This document shows positions 40,801-54,425 of a stretch of 64,000 nt of DNA, piece after piece. A program made the position numbers and the translations under genes. Within the stretch, counting starts at the first letter, position 1, and each line of letters starts with the position of its first letter. The stretch comes from Camelus ferus. Lineage: Eukaryota. The stretch spans positions 79,920,001 to 79,984,000 of the forward strand of contig NC_045696.1 of the NCBI RefSeq assembly GCF_009834535.1. The letters are read 5' to 3'. The notes below the pieces were generated by a model. That model was given only the letters and a program-made list of their open reading frames with translations. It was not told where the DNA came from and did not search any database.

Positions 40801-42435
40801 TCTGCAAACTCCCTTATGAATACAGAGGCAAAAATCTTTAAAATATTAGCAAATTGAACTCAGCAATATGTAAAAAGAATTACATGCCATAACCAAGTTG
40901 GGTTCATGCCAGGGATGCAAGCAAGACTGCTTGAATATTTAAAATTCAATGTAATCTACCATATCAACAAAATGGTATAATGCAATTCCTATTAAAATCT
41001 CAGCAAGAATTTTCATAAATAAAGACAAGGCTACTTTAAAATTTATATGGAATGTCATAGTAAATGGAATAGCTAAAACACCGTAGAAAGAGAGTGAACT
41101 GAAAGTAATCAGTCTACCTGATTTCAAGACTTTTTATATAGCTACAGTAACCCAGACTTTGTGGTACTGGTGGACGTGGGTGACAGAAACATAGGTCAAT
41201 GAAATGAAATTAAAAACCTAGAAGTAAACTCACAAAAATACGCTTAATTGATTTTTTTTATAAAGGTGCAAATGCAATTCAATAAAGGAAAGACAGCCTT
41301 TTCAACAAATGGTGCAAGAGTATTTGGACACCCATAGGTAAAAACAAACCAAAAACAAACAAACAAACAAGACACTTGACATAGAAATTGACTAACTTTT
41401 AGAAAAAAATAGAAGAAAATCTTTGGGATCTTAGTCTATACAAAGTTCTTTTCTTAGACTTGACACCAAAAGTCTGATCCATAAAAGTCTAATTGATAAG
41501 TTAGACATCATCAAAATTAAAAAGTTTCACTCTGTGATGAGCAAAATTGAAATCAGAAAAACCCTGTTAAAAAGGATGAAATAACAAGCTACAGAGTGAG
41601 AGAAAACATTTTCAAACCATATGTCCAACAAAAGACAAGTATTTAGATTATATAAAGACCTCTCAAAATTCAACAGTAAAAAAAAGTTGATTCAATTTGA
41701 AAGGAGGTAAAAGACACGAACAGACATTTCACCAAAGAGAATGCCAATTAAGCACATTAACAGATGTTCAGCATGATTTGTCATTAGAGAAATGCAAATT
41801 AAAACTGTAATGAGATAAATCAATACATACCTATCAAAATGGCTAAAATAAAAATTAGTAGCAGCACTAAATGTTGGTGAGGATGCAGAGAAATTAGGTC
41901 ACTCATACACTGCTGGTAGAAATGTAAAATGAAGTAACTGAAGGAAATATGACAGTTTCTAAAAAAATTAATTATGCACTAACATATGACCAAGCAGCAG
42001 TACTCCTCGGCATTTATTTATCCCAAAGAAATGAAGTCTTATATTCACACAAAAACCTGTACACAAATGTTTATAGCAACTTAATTCATAAAAGCCAAAA
42101 CTTGGAAGCAATGTACATATCCTTCAAAGAGTGAATCATTAAACTGTGCATCCATACCATGGAATACTACTCAGCAACAAAAAGGAACAAACTTGATACA
42201 TACAATAACCTGAATAAATCCCCAGAGAATAATGGAGTTATATACTATATGATTCCATTTTTATAACCTTCTTAAAATGACAAAATTATAGAAATGGACA
42301 ACACATTAGTGGTTGACAAGAATTAGGATAAGAGGGTGGGGCAAGGAGGAAAATGGGTGTGGCTACAAAAGGGCAAGTGTATTACTTCTTACTGATGCAT
42401 GTGAATCTGCAATTATCTCAAAAAGTTAAAAAAAA
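34885..42435 (+). mobile_element. Composite decayed L1 (L1MC/MD-like): outer element 34885-35790 plus 39011-42435, inner L1 35791-39010
   Basis: ORF1 remnant (MTADF..IEAKRKW..IFQVLTEKNCQHRMLFPVKISF, 35423); two ORF2 endonuclease remnants (37640-38350; 39330-40030, ILNVYAPDNKAAKYM, TKTDHILGHK); RT and 3' remnants to ~42430; many stops and frameshifts. Confidence 0.9.
37016..37350 (+). mobile_element. Younger L1 ORF2 internal fragment nested in the composite
   Basis: ORF 37133: LTPYTKINSKWLKD..INLLEENIGK..IKAKINKWDLIKL, little decay, out of collinear order. Confidence 0.85.
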
Positions 42436-43535
42436 TATACTCAAACCTTCAGATAAATTATGCCATTAAACTTGAAAACATATTTTTAAAGAGTCCTGGT
42501 TTTTCTAAACAAAATAATATCAAGGTTTTAAAAATGCTCTTCAGCTCTATACTAAACATAATTTTTTTAAGTGCTATTTATTATTATGGGAATTTTCAAT
42601 TAGGAATTGATAATACAGTTTAGCAGGAAGGTTTTTTGCACACTTTGTAATATCTCAGGGGTAGGTGCCTCAGAATTTATGCCTTTTACTTTTACGACTA
42701 AAATATTGGCTAACATACTAAATTCACTAAATCAGAAAGGGGAAATATGAGGCTTGTTTGTCTGTTTGAATGCTAGCCAAAAGCTAAAGGAAACTGCTAT
42801 ATTATGAATAGCAGAAAGAACTCCGTTTCAGAAACTAACTTTATTTTAGAAATTAATTTCAAGCCTGTTTGAAAACAATTGTCATTCTAATAAGAATTAA
42901 AATTCAAACCACTTTGGATGATAAATATTTAAAAGTATTTGGTCTGGAAACTAACTTGGAACAGAGCAAGGAAACTAACGTTATCAAATCCACTGTTGGT
43001 GGAGTGAAATGGCTGCTTTGCCAAGAGGATTTTGGTCCACCCTGCTAATCGCTGGAAACACAGTCTCATTCTATAACCACCACAACAGTCATATAAACAC
43101 GACATTAATTCCTGACAGATCTGATTCTTATTTCATCTATCTTTTTTCCTCCGAAAAGATGTCTTTAAAAGATTAAAAAAAAAAATCCTTTGAGCACCCA
43201 ATCCCTAAGGCATGAACATGTACAAACAAACCCCTATAAACAAACCTAATCTTCTCTCCTGAATCGAGACTACATGAAATCCAATAGGAAGTCCCATTTC
43301 AAGCCCAGTGTCTTTCTTCTCAGTATAATTTACCCATGCATTTGTATTTGAGATCAACTTCCTCTCACTGTCATTACTGGAAAGAAACCACCCTGGTTCC
43401 CAAGGTATATACAAAGCCTGCAGGGGGCATCAATGAAGTAGGAAGCATCAACCAGCAGGAAAAGTGAATTGCAGAAATCACTATAGTCATATTTGAGAGG
43501 AAAACTAGAACTTCAGTGAACTTTATGGCTTAGTA

Positions 43536-44551
43536 CAGATCTTCCTTGACTTACAGTAGGGTTACATCTCAATAAACCCATTGTAAGCTGAAAACATCAT
43601 TAAGTTGGAAATTATTTAATACACCCAAGCTTCTGAACATCATAGCTCAGCCGAGCCTTCCTTAAATGCGCTCAGAGGACTTGGATTCACCTACAGTTGG
43701 GCAAGATCATCTAACAACACAAAGCCTATTTTATAATAAAGTATTGAATAGCTCAGGTAATTTATGGAATAGAGTACTAAGAGTGAAAACTAGAATGGTT
43801 GTATGGGTACAGGATGGTTGTGGGAGGGTAAGGTTGTTTACCCTTGGGATTGTGTGACTGACTGGGAGCTGCGGCTCGCTGCCACTGCTCAGCATTATGA
43901 CAGAGTGTTCTTACCGAGACGAGACTCATTCTGCTCGCCACACAACAGGCCAATAAATTGGGAGACAAAGTGTTGGGAATAATGACTTTACTCAGAAAGC
44001 CAGCAGACAGAGAAGATAGGGGACTAATGTCCTAGAGAACCATCTTACCCAAGTCAGAATTCAGGCTCCTTTTATACTAAAAAGGGGAGGTGGGTTGATC
44101 GTTGCAAACTTCTTGGTGTCAGAATCCTTTGTTCTTGCAGCTGTTAGAGTAGGTCAGGTCATGATGTTCCTGTAAACCTCTAACAAGGCAAATGTTATTC
44201 TCTGTTCTGCAACTTTTTATCTCTATGTGAGTGAAAAAATGTTATACCCTTAAAGGTCAAAGCCTTGAGAATGGGCTATCCTCTGTATTTCAGGCTATAG
44301 GCAACATTCTGTTACAAAAGGTACAGAACCAGCATGACTGAGCAAGGAAACAGAGCACAGGGTTAGAGCTAAAGGAACAGATCTAATATGGAGTCAGATT
44401 TGTTGCTCCCTATTACAGTACCAGACTCCATATCGCTAGGCCAGGAAAAGATCAAAATTCAAAATTTCAAGTGTGGTTTCTACTGAATGTGTATCATTTT
44501 TGCACCATCATAAAGTCAAAAAATTGTAAGTCATAAATCAGGAACCATCTG
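43536..44551. mobile_element. Tigger5/MER47-like MITE split by an LTR
   Basis: TA|cagatcttccttgacttacag ... tgtaagtcataaatcaggaaccatctg terminal inverted repeats. Confidence 0.75.
43909..44417 (-). mobile_element. ERV1-class solo LTR
   Basis: Reverse strand starts TGTAATAGGGAGC, contains TATAAAA (ttttata ~44070) then AGTAAA (tttact ~43987); interrupts the MITE. Confidence 0.75.
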
Positions 44552-44552
44552 C

Positions 44553-44990
44553 TGTCATATTAATTTTCTAGGATCGCTATAACAAAGTACCACAAACTGA
44601 GTGGCTTAAACAATGGAAATTTATCATCACAGTTCTGGAGGCTGGTAGTCCAAACTCAAAGTATCATCATGGTTGGTACCTTCTTAGGGCTGTGAGGAAG
44701 AATCAGTTCCATGCCTCCCTCCTAGTTTCTGGTGGTTTGCTGGCAATCTTTATCATACCTTGGACTGTAGAAATATCACCTTAATCTCTGCCTTCATCCT
44801 CACATGGTATTCTCCCTATGTGAGTGTATCCAAATGTCCACTTTTTATAAGGATACCTAGGTTAGGGCCCACCACCCTAAAGACCTCATTTTAACTTGAT
44901 GACCTCTATAAAAACCCTATCTCCAGACAAGTGCACATTCGGAAGACTTAAACATAGAATTTTGAGGGAACGCAATTCAACTCATGAGAA
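44553..44990 (-). mobile_element. MLT1B/C-like MaLR LTR
   Basis: gctataacaaagtaccacaaactgagtggcttaaacaa, cagttctggaggctgg, ctagtttctggtggtttgctggcaatc. Confidence 0.8.
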
Positions 44991-47484
44991 AAGTATTTGA
45001 TTTTAAATGACTATGGGAGGGAAAGGTGACTCTCCTTCCCCTCTACTACATCCAAATGACTCCCCTTTCAAAGCTCTATTAGGCCAGTGCTGTGTTGTCC
45101 CTTCCTGTTATCAACCCTCTCCAGCTTTGTTCATGTTGAGCTTGTCATTTTTTTCCTTAGTTTGTCCCCATTTCTAACTCTCTATGCCCTAAAACTCATC
45201 TTCTTCCTTAGCAATGCCCTTGGTCTCATGGTCAGCCTTTGCACAATAAATGGAAAGCAGTAATATTGCTTTCACCTCTGGTTCACATGCCTTCAATTAC
45301 CAAATGAAATTAGGTTGGATCTATGCACAAATGAAGCCACAGTCAGCACCACAAAATGACAGTGAGTCAGTAGCAATCCTCCTTCACAAGAAAGCTCTCA
45401 AATAAACAGAGGGTCTCCTGACCTCAAGGAATCCCCACACTTTCCACCTACACATAAGATACAAACCAATGTTACAGGAAAAAAATTATTAGAGAAAACA
45501 GTCACATAATTATTGGAGAAAATAATCAGTACCAAAAGTGACTATAAAGTAGTTTTGCATGAGGAAAAACATATTATTTTAATCTATAAAAATGTTGTAT
45601 TTTATCCTGGAGTCCAGTAGAAAAATCCTGTTTTGATGTTCTAAAAAAATTATTAACCGAAAAGAAATATTTTAATATATTTACTAAATTTATTTAGTGC
45701 ATCAGTGAATAATACAATGCAGTTATAGGGTGAGAAATTTGAAAACCCATTATGAAACCACCAGGCAGTACACAAAGTGCTATTATAATCTTTGTGGAGG
45801 ACTTAGCCATTTGTCAAGAGCTTTCCACAAACATCAAGCCATTTAATCCTCACAAAAAACCCTGTAAGTAGACTTTGATTATTATTAATTTCTTATTTAA
45901 ACTAGAGATGAGAAAATTAAAGTTCAGAAATTAAGTCACATCACCAGTGGAAGAACTGAAAATCAAACTCGTCTTATAATTCTAGCTAGTACTCTCTTTC
46001 AAATTTATAAGCTAACACAAAACAAACCCATCACTCTTTACATAACAACGTTGACATACCTAAAGATACCACAGATTCCTGTTGTTTTCTCTTCTCCATA
46101 GTAAACACCTCCAGATCCTTCAACTTTTCATACAATTTGGTGTTAAGACCCTGGACGTACCCAGAACTGAGTATGATAGCCCAGATGGGATAGGACCTGA
46201 GCTGAGAAGGGAAAAAACTATAGTCCCTTTTGAGACATATTTTAAATATTGTAGTCTATCATCAGATCAGTTTGGGCTAACCAGAGAATACTGATGATTT
46301 ATATTAAACTTGCAGTTAATATGTACTCTCAGAAACTCATCTTCCCTCTCCTTTCTCTGCCCCCTCCTAATTCTGCCTTTTATACAGTGGAATTTTGAGA
46401 CCTACTCACAAGGCTTTAAAGCACGTCAAATATCTATACTTGGCAGAGTTATTGAGGTAGCGTCCTTCACAGAGTAGAGGTCAAAAACACAGGTCTATTA
46501 GGTAAAGCTGTTTAGCTTTTAATCCAATTTCACTGTTTTATGCATTTTTTAATTCATTTATGTCTTTTCTATTTACTGGGCATACACTTCTGGATTCAAG
46601 TATTACTACTACTACTAAATAAATGTAATTCTGACCTATGCAAATACTTCACATAAATTGTTTAATCTCAGTAGGACCCTGTGAAGCCACTGATTGATAG
46701 AGAAACTTGGGTTCCAAGAACTTCAATAAGTTTGCTCAAAGTTACACACCAAGAACACGCTGGAGCTGGGAATCTAACCCAGATATATTGGGCTTCGACC
46801 CAGCAGGCTGTGTCTCTGCCATGACCACCTTTTTGTTCTGAATAACTGAAAGCATCATTTTTTGTTCATTTTTCTTAGGACTTTTTAACTGCTAGAATGC
46901 TTTTCACATAGTAGACTACAAAATAGGGGGTTGGGTTTTTTTCTTTTCAATTAGGAGTTTTGCATCATTCTGGCTTTTAGCCTAGTACTAGGCTATTATT
47001 ACAGGTCCATTTTTCAACACATTCTTGATTATGTGACCTTTTTTTCTACCTCTTATATTAGTCACTAATCAAACCTATTCTTTTTCCCTAAAACTGTTCA
47101 TCGAATTTTAGTCCTTACCTCATTAAGATACCATCATTATCTCAAATGAAGAACTTCACAGTCATTCCTAATTCTGCCTGCCTTCTAACCCCAACACAGA
47201 ATTTTTCATCAAGACTATAGCTCTTACTTCCTAAATGTCTCTTAAATCCTTGACGCAGGTCCTCGTAGTATTTTTCATATCCTATTGCACTGGCACCTAA
47301 TTGATCCACCTGCCCCTAGTCTCCCTGGCTGCCTTCCACCACACAACAATGGCACCAGATTTATCTTTCTAACCCCGGGGCTAAATATTTTTTAACTGTT
47401 TACAAGCTGACCCCAGTCTATATTTCCTGCCGTATATAGCTCTACTCCCAGTACCCCCATTCCCACATCTGTGGTGTTAGTGAC

Positions 47485-47526
47485 TCACCCCTATCAAACA
47501 GCCCTTCACCCCTATCAAACAGCCCT
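47485..47526. repeat. Perfect 21-bp tandem duplication within an L2 fragment
   Basis: tcacccctatcaaacagccct twice. Confidence 0.95.
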
Positions 47527-50500
47527 GTGCTTTCCCAGACTTGCTTTAATGGGTGCCACTTCCCCTGTCTGGAATGAGATGAGATCCTTGTCCTGGCTCC
47601 TATCACCTCCACATTCCTTCAGACAGAAATGTGACATTTTTGCTGACAGAAATTTTTTGTACAAAATTCTTATACAAATGTTTATGCTTTGTTGCAATCT
47701 TTTTTTTCATTAACTGCCTACGTGAATATGAGTTCCTCATAAACAAACATCTCGCTATTTTGCTTACCACCTTAGTACAATGCCAAATACACAGTAAATG
47801 TTCAATAAATATTTGCATGAAAAAACAAAAGTACTTCCTTTGAGATCTGAGCTGACTAGAAGCCTTACTGTAATATATATTAGTGTATTTAGTTATCTCC
47901 ACATTTCTTCCTAATTGGTATTTTTTGTTTGTACTGTTAGAATTTCAACTTTGAGATCTCCTGTACTTCTCAGGCTGTCTTCTCTTTTACACTTTCAAAG
48001 TCATCTTTATTCTGAATGTTTTAACTCTACACTAAGTCATGACTGACAGACTTTTGTGTGTAAGAATTTAAAAGTCCTGAGAAACTAACTAATAACAATT
48101 TCCTAACTCTTTGATGTGGATTATGACTGATACTCATATGACAGGTGAAAATCTGCCCTTTTACTGAGAACTTCAGTTCCCTTCAATCATCTGGCATCCC
48201 AAAATTCTCTGCAAGCTCATTTGGTCTGATGTCCGTATCTCAGTAATGCCAAGTCAGCAATGGCACATAGATACACAAGAAAATGTTACCTGCCCATTTT
48301 GCAAATGGGTAAATTAGACCCAGAATGACCAAGTAGACTATCTGATATAGTTAAGCAAGTAGATCCTGTACCAAAAAGAAGTTCTAATAAGGACTCTGCT
48401 CCCAAAACTGGCTCATTTCCTTCCTTACTTGCTTACATATTTTTTTGTGTTTTATTTCCCTAAGGGCTTTATAGAAATTTCTATCATTTGCAATCTGTTC
48501 TTCTTAGTTATATGAATCTATTTTCTCTTCAACCAGCATTTTTCTTTCCTTGACTTAAAAAAAGAAAATAAAGAACCAGCTTTACTAAAAACATGTTGCA
48601 GCTGTCCTATACTTCAGTAAGTACAGATGCTAAAATCAACTTACTTTATTGCATATTGTGTCATTCATCTAATGGTATAATCTAAGAGAATAACCTCTGA
48701 TCTGAAAATTGTGAGGGCACATCTCCAGACTGGACTAACCGAAATTTGATGTGAATACAAGTCATGGAGTATTTTGGCTTAGTGTGTCCTTGGAAATCAT
48801 CCAAGCTAATCCTTTCTTCACTAAAGGCTCAGAAAGGCCAAGTGACTTGTCACAGGTCAGGATTATAAACCAGACCAAGGGCAGAACTCAGTGTTCCTGA
48901 CTCTTCATCCAGTGCCCTTTCTACCTTTGGCTGTTCCAAGTATGGAGAAGACAATTTGTTATTACCTTGCCTAGAGAGTCTGAAAGCTAAGCAATGGTAA
49001 TAGGATAATGAAGGTAGTGATTATTTAATTTGTAAAAGAAAAGAAAGCCTTCTGATATGCTTCATACCAGTCATCACTTTGAATGTGGAAAAACACATTG
49101 GTGTCTGAACACACTGGTGTCTTCAGCTCTATTATCAGAGAGTAGGATTATTGAGGGTCTACCATATCCTAGGTACCAGGAATAGTGAAAAATAGTTGCC
49201 TGTCTTATAGAGCTTAAAGCCCAGGTGGGAAGATAGATATTATATAAATCATTATAAAACATTAAGTAAAAAAATTACAATATGCAAAGAGATGAATGGG
49301 TTGCTGTGGGAAAATGTCACTGAGAGACCCAGCCTGGTCTGGCTTATCAAGGAGGATGTCCCTGAGATACTGATGTTAAACCTGAAATACAGAGGATATG
49401 TAAGGGTTCTAATGGGAGTATTCCAACAGAGGGCATAGCATTAGAAAGATCAAGGCTGTAGAGAACACTGAACAGCTGTTCTCTGTTCTCAGAAAACTGA
49501 AGATGTACCACATAGCTAAAGCAAATTGAGGGACAGGAGCCAGAATTAGAGATGGAAGTGTAATCAGACCACCCAGAGCTGTGCAGACCATGTTAAGGGC
49601 TTAGGACTCCATTTAGGTATTTTAAGCAGGGGGAAATGTGACCAGATATACACTTTTAAAAGATCATTCTCATATCATTAGGAGAATGGGTTGAAAGGGT
49701 AGCATGTGGACAGACCAGGTAGGAGGTGAACACATAGGTCGGGTGAGACATACACAAAGCATGTACTCCAGACCTCCCAGCTTAATTTGGCAATACTCCC
49801 TATTTCGGTGACACATCTTATGTTTCTTCTCTGTCTTTGTCTTTTTAAATGAAAGGCAACCCAGTGAGTCAACACTGCTCTTAATAAACACAATTTTTTT
49901 AAAAAACAGATAGCAACCACCTAATGGATGTTTAAAAACAATTCATTTTCTGTATCATTGAAGGAAGCTTTTTTTTGTTGCATTAGGTCTGTAATTTTAA
50001 TTGTATTTGGGCTAATTATAAACATTATCATTGTAAAGAACTTTGATTTAGACAATATATTTTCAGTGCAAATAATATGGATCAGTCATCAACTCAACTA
50101 TGGAAGTAATGGTTGAGTGCCATCCATTACATTTGTTTTGATTGTGCTTTATGTTAATTTTTAACCTATAGTTCTGGTGTAAGTCAGATAATATAAATGG
50201 ATGGGATACATAGCATAATGCATTGACTTCATGACAGGATCCAAAAATATTCTGTCAAATCATTTTGATGATTGCTGCAATTATCAAATATTATAAACAA
50301 CAATGTGCTTTTAGAAATTTTTACCTGAAGTAATTTTAGGTTTTCAGAAAGAATTGTATTCATGTAAATAAGTTATCTTATTTTCTAAAGGAAACCAATG
50401 GACAGTTTATATCACCTGGTATAAGACCTAACATAACATAGATGAGTGCTACCATTTATTATTCTCTTTTTGACAACCTGAATTACCTTTTGGATATTAC

Positions 50501-51311
50501 TCTGAATGATAAATCAAGTGATTTAAAAGTGGAGCTCAAAATTGGAAAATTGAACTTGTAAGTGCTTTTATCTTAAGTAGATGACATGTTCATGCACCTT
50601 GAATAGTAAGTGCTCTAGCTTTGAGCTAACTTTATGACAACAGGATCTTCAGTGAGTGACTTTAGACTCATACAATATGCAAGTCCCGGGAGTCAGGGTT
50701 AAGTATGAACTGTTATTCATCGTGAGGGCTCAACTCAGCATAGATGTAAACTGTTTTACTCTATAGTTCTTTCCGACAAATAGTATAATACATTAACCAT
50801 CACTGAATAATTACAAGTATTCTTTGGAGAAAGACTAGTAATTTATTTTTAAGAACTATTGTATACCATTATTTTATCTTTTTTTTCAAATTTTCCTTTT
50901 GATTTTCAAGAAAAATGGCTCTTGCTAAGAAAATGTGGAATATGAATTTTTCTCCCAAGTTGGCCAGAGGCAAACCCACGCTAGAATCTCTGGTTTTGAG
51001 GGGGGTAGAGTTTGTTAGTTTTCATTCTTCTTTTGGATAATGGGATAATTTTTCACCATAAATTTCCTTTTGAAATCCCTGGTTTTACTGACCATTAAAG
51101 ACAGAGGTTGACAATAATCCCATCCCCATAACCAATATGTAGGACGGACAGCAAAGCATATCCCTGCAAATCTGCTTCGTGTCTCTAAGACAGGGGACCC
51201 TGAGATGCAGGTCCATGTACCGTTTACTTTTAAATACCCCACCATTTTCCTAAATACACAAAACCCAGGAAAACAATCACAAATCTAACTGTATCTGTTT
51301 ATTTCTTCTAG

Positions 51312-51434
51312 GTTGGACGAATTGAAGACTTTCTTTACCAAGTAGAGGATAGTTTCTTAAAAACTAAAAAACTGAGAACTGCTCGAAGGCAAAAAACAAA
51401 AATGAAGCGGCTTCAAACTGTGCAGCAAAGCTAG
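51312..51434 (+). CDS. Terminal coding exon: VGRIEDFLYQVEDSFLKTKKLRTARRQKTKMKRLQTVQQS*
   Basis: Branch point ctaac (51285), acceptor tgtttatttcttctag|, phase 0 matches exon 24546, TAG at 51432-51434. Confidence 0.85.
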   Translation, partial: VGRIEDFLYQVEDSFLKTKKLRTARRQKTKMKRLQTVQQS

Positions 51435-51606
51435 TCACTGGGGAGCAGGGAGTACCACCAAGACATCTCAGAGAAAGGGGCAATGGCATCCCGCCAGCCT
51501 ATGATACCCCAGCCACCAAGGACTATCGCCAGAAGAACAAGGTGGTGCTCCCCTTGGCTCATGTTCAGCTAAGACGTTCTGTACTTCGTTAATCTTGACT
51601 GGCAGC

Positions 51607-51612
51607 AATAAA
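51607..51612 (+). terminator. Likely polyadenylation signal of the + strand gene
   Basis: First AATAAA ~170 nt after the stop codon. Confidence 0.55.
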
Positions 51613-53514
51613 TGTTCTCAGCAAGTTGGACCTGACTCTCTTTCAGATTCATCTCACTTAGTTAAATAGCTTATAAAATAACCATTGCTGCCTCTTTCAC
51701 CTGTCTTGTTCTTTCAACACTGACTGAAGTATACCAGGTCTACCCAAGTACACACAGTATATGTGCATATTCACGTGCATTCGTAAGGATTAATCACATA
51801 CCATATACAGATACAGATAATCTAAATGCAGATTTTAAAAATTATAAAACTAATAATACACTCTCTCAGTCCTTACAGAGAGCCAGCTGTATTTGGTATG
51901 GCTGATATTATCAGTTATTAAAATCTCTATTCTTTCCTCTGGGTCCTTCATATTCCCTCCCTTTAAAATACTCAACATAAAGGCATATACCTGATAAGGT
52001 AATGAGTCGTAGCCATTACTCAAGACCTCAGTTAACACCAACAAGAGGGTTTGAAAATAGGGTAAGTACATGGAACTCAGATACGGAGTAAAATAGACAA
52101 GAAAATATAATTTTTAAAAATAATGGAAAAAATGAATAAGATTTCAGACTACATTAAAAGGAAAAAAAGGAATAAAATACGTAGTGCTGAATTTTTCATT
52201 ACACAGTGAGATTATAAAGGAATCAATAATTTAGCCTTAAGTGTATGTTAGATTTGTATAGTCATAATTATGCAAGATATAAAAATTTTAAAGTTTTGAA
52301 ATAAATTAGGACTTTAGTTTCACTGGGTACCATTTGCTTAATTCTTATCTTTATCAAAAAGTGTCCTCTTTTCTACCCACTCCACCCAGAGAACACCATC
52401 ACTGCCACCACGTTGTTTCAGGTTAGTTGTTAGTATAATTGTAATCAGTTAAAGACAGTGGCATTTAAGAAATTCCTTTTTGTTTCTAAACTCACACCGG
52501 TACAGCATCTAAATTCTGTTCTCATAAGTACTGGAAGATAATTTCTTTCTATGGGCACTTGAGTCTGTAGCCAAATGTAGAAGTCTAAGACAAACCGCTC
52601 AGCCTCCCATCCTGTCACTTACACTGTTATCCCCTCTGACCATTGTTGAGGAATTTCTTATTATTTAAAAAAAAAAAAAAACTTAACATCTCTAGAAAAA
52701 CAAAGCTTGTTGAGCTTTGAATTTGAACTTTAGAGTTAACATTTTATTTTCCAAAAGGATTTCTATGTTTTGTAACAGGTTTTATTTTTTTTTAATTGGG
52801 TTGGAGTATTAACACGCCTGTTTTCTGAAAGGCCTGTTGATATTCAATAGCTGTTCAATTACTCTATCTTTTTTCTTTGAAAATTAAAGTTCTCTCATTC
52901 CACAGAGCTGAAAGATTCTATTTGAAAATAAAAATAATATTGTTACAATGACTAGGTTACAGGTTCACTGTTTGATCACTTCCCCCAAATCCAATACTAA
53001 ATATCCATTGGTTGTTTTTGGCTAGGGCTTGGGTGAGGAAAGGAAGGCAGTTCTAGTTGGTCTTAGGAAGGATGATATAAAATGGAAATCCAAAACATTC
53101 AAATGAAACTTCTTTTCAGAAAAAACTTAATCAACATTCATAGCTCTTTAATGAGGTATCAAATCTTTAGAAACCTTAATAGGTATAACAGCAATGTCCC
53201 TAGGAATGAATTTTGCTCATGGTTTCAACATTAGTGTCAAGAACCTTGCATAGCAACAGTGCAGCATAATTTACTGCATCTGGCCTCCTTTGTTTTTGTC
53301 TGCAGAGGAAAAATTTGTAAAGCAATATGGTATCAGTGTAAAAAAAAATTAGTAACAGAAAAAGCAAAGTTTACAAGGTGCTTTCAAATCGCTTATTTTA
53401 TTTCAACTTTACAAGATTTTAATCATGTATGCATTTTCTCCTTTTACAACTGAGAAAACCAACACCCAAAGAGATTAATGCCTTGCTTGACTCCAAAGAC
53501 TTGTTCTGTCCTAT

Positions 53515-53672
53515 ACTTGCTATTTGAAATGTGGTCCATGGACCAGCAGTACCAAGGAATTCATGAGAAAGGCAGAAATTTAAACTCCTCCCCAAATCTA
53601 CTCAATAAAATCTGCATTTTCAACAAGATCCCTGGATAATTTATACATTGCAACTAAAATCTGAGAATTGCT
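53515..53672. mobile_element. MER5A-like hAT MITE
   Basis: aaatgtggtccatggaccagcag, aatctgcattttcaacaagatccc. Confidence 0.65.
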
Positions 53673-53879
53673 CTTTTACCATATTGGAAAATATTTCATG
53701 TCAGCTTAAACTTAACATGACACAGGGCCTCTTACATAGCTACTCTTAGATTTTGGTCCAAAAATATTTCCTAATATTATCATTTCTTCAAAGGTTTATG
53801 CACCAAAAGAACCAATAATTAAAAGTTCAGTAATAATAGGATATGTGCTCTTTCTCTGCCATTTCCTTCTAAGATATAT

Positions 53880-54410
53880 GAGATTTTATTCTGTAACATC
53901 TCAAGAACATGAAGTGAAACAAAAGAAGGACATATTGGCGAAAAAGAAGTAATATACACTTGATGATCAGACTGATTTAAATACTGCTTATTGTATAGCT
54001 AGTCCATGCCCTAAATGCTTCAATAATCTTGGTTTCCTTTGTCTTCCTCTATCATTTCTCCCACGTTCCTCCATCATTTGCTGATGCACCTGGGTGGGGA
54101 GCAGAGCTCTGCTGATCTCTAGAGCAAGGGACAACTTATCTTTCAAAATATCTAAACAGATTCTTCCCAACTTGTCTACATTAGGGCGATCAGTTCTGTC
54201 CATAAAATGTATTTAGGGGGACTGCCACTGGGTATACTTCTGTAAGAAATAGTTCAGGTTCAGAAGCCCCACCCTCAAAGGAAGAATCTCAAAGGAGGCC
54301 ACCTATGATCACATGAGAATCATATGTATTCTGGTCCACATCTTCCTTTAATGCCAGGCACTTGGCCATTCTCAATCATTCCTTGATTATCCTTCAAGGC
54401 CCTTCTGGTC
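53880..54410 (-). pseudogene. UBE2N: Processed pseudogene of ubiquitin-conjugating enzyme E2 N (Ubc13)
   Basis: Intronless collinear remnants RIIKE, VPGIK, FEGG, ELFL.E.YP, PNVDKLGRICLDILKDK, AWT; stop at 53977-53979, then 3'UTR-like sequence to AATAAA (~53885); multiple frameshifts. Confidence 0.9.
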
Positions 54411-54425
54411 TTGTTTGTTTGTATG

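Noticed and set aside
34885..42435. Active L1 or domesticated RT/endonuclease gene
   Set aside because: All ORF1 and ORF2 segments are broken by stops, frameshifts and large deletions
14269..51434. Assigning a gene symbol to the spliced gene
   Set aside because: I could not match the peptide to a remembered protein with confidence; needs BLASTP
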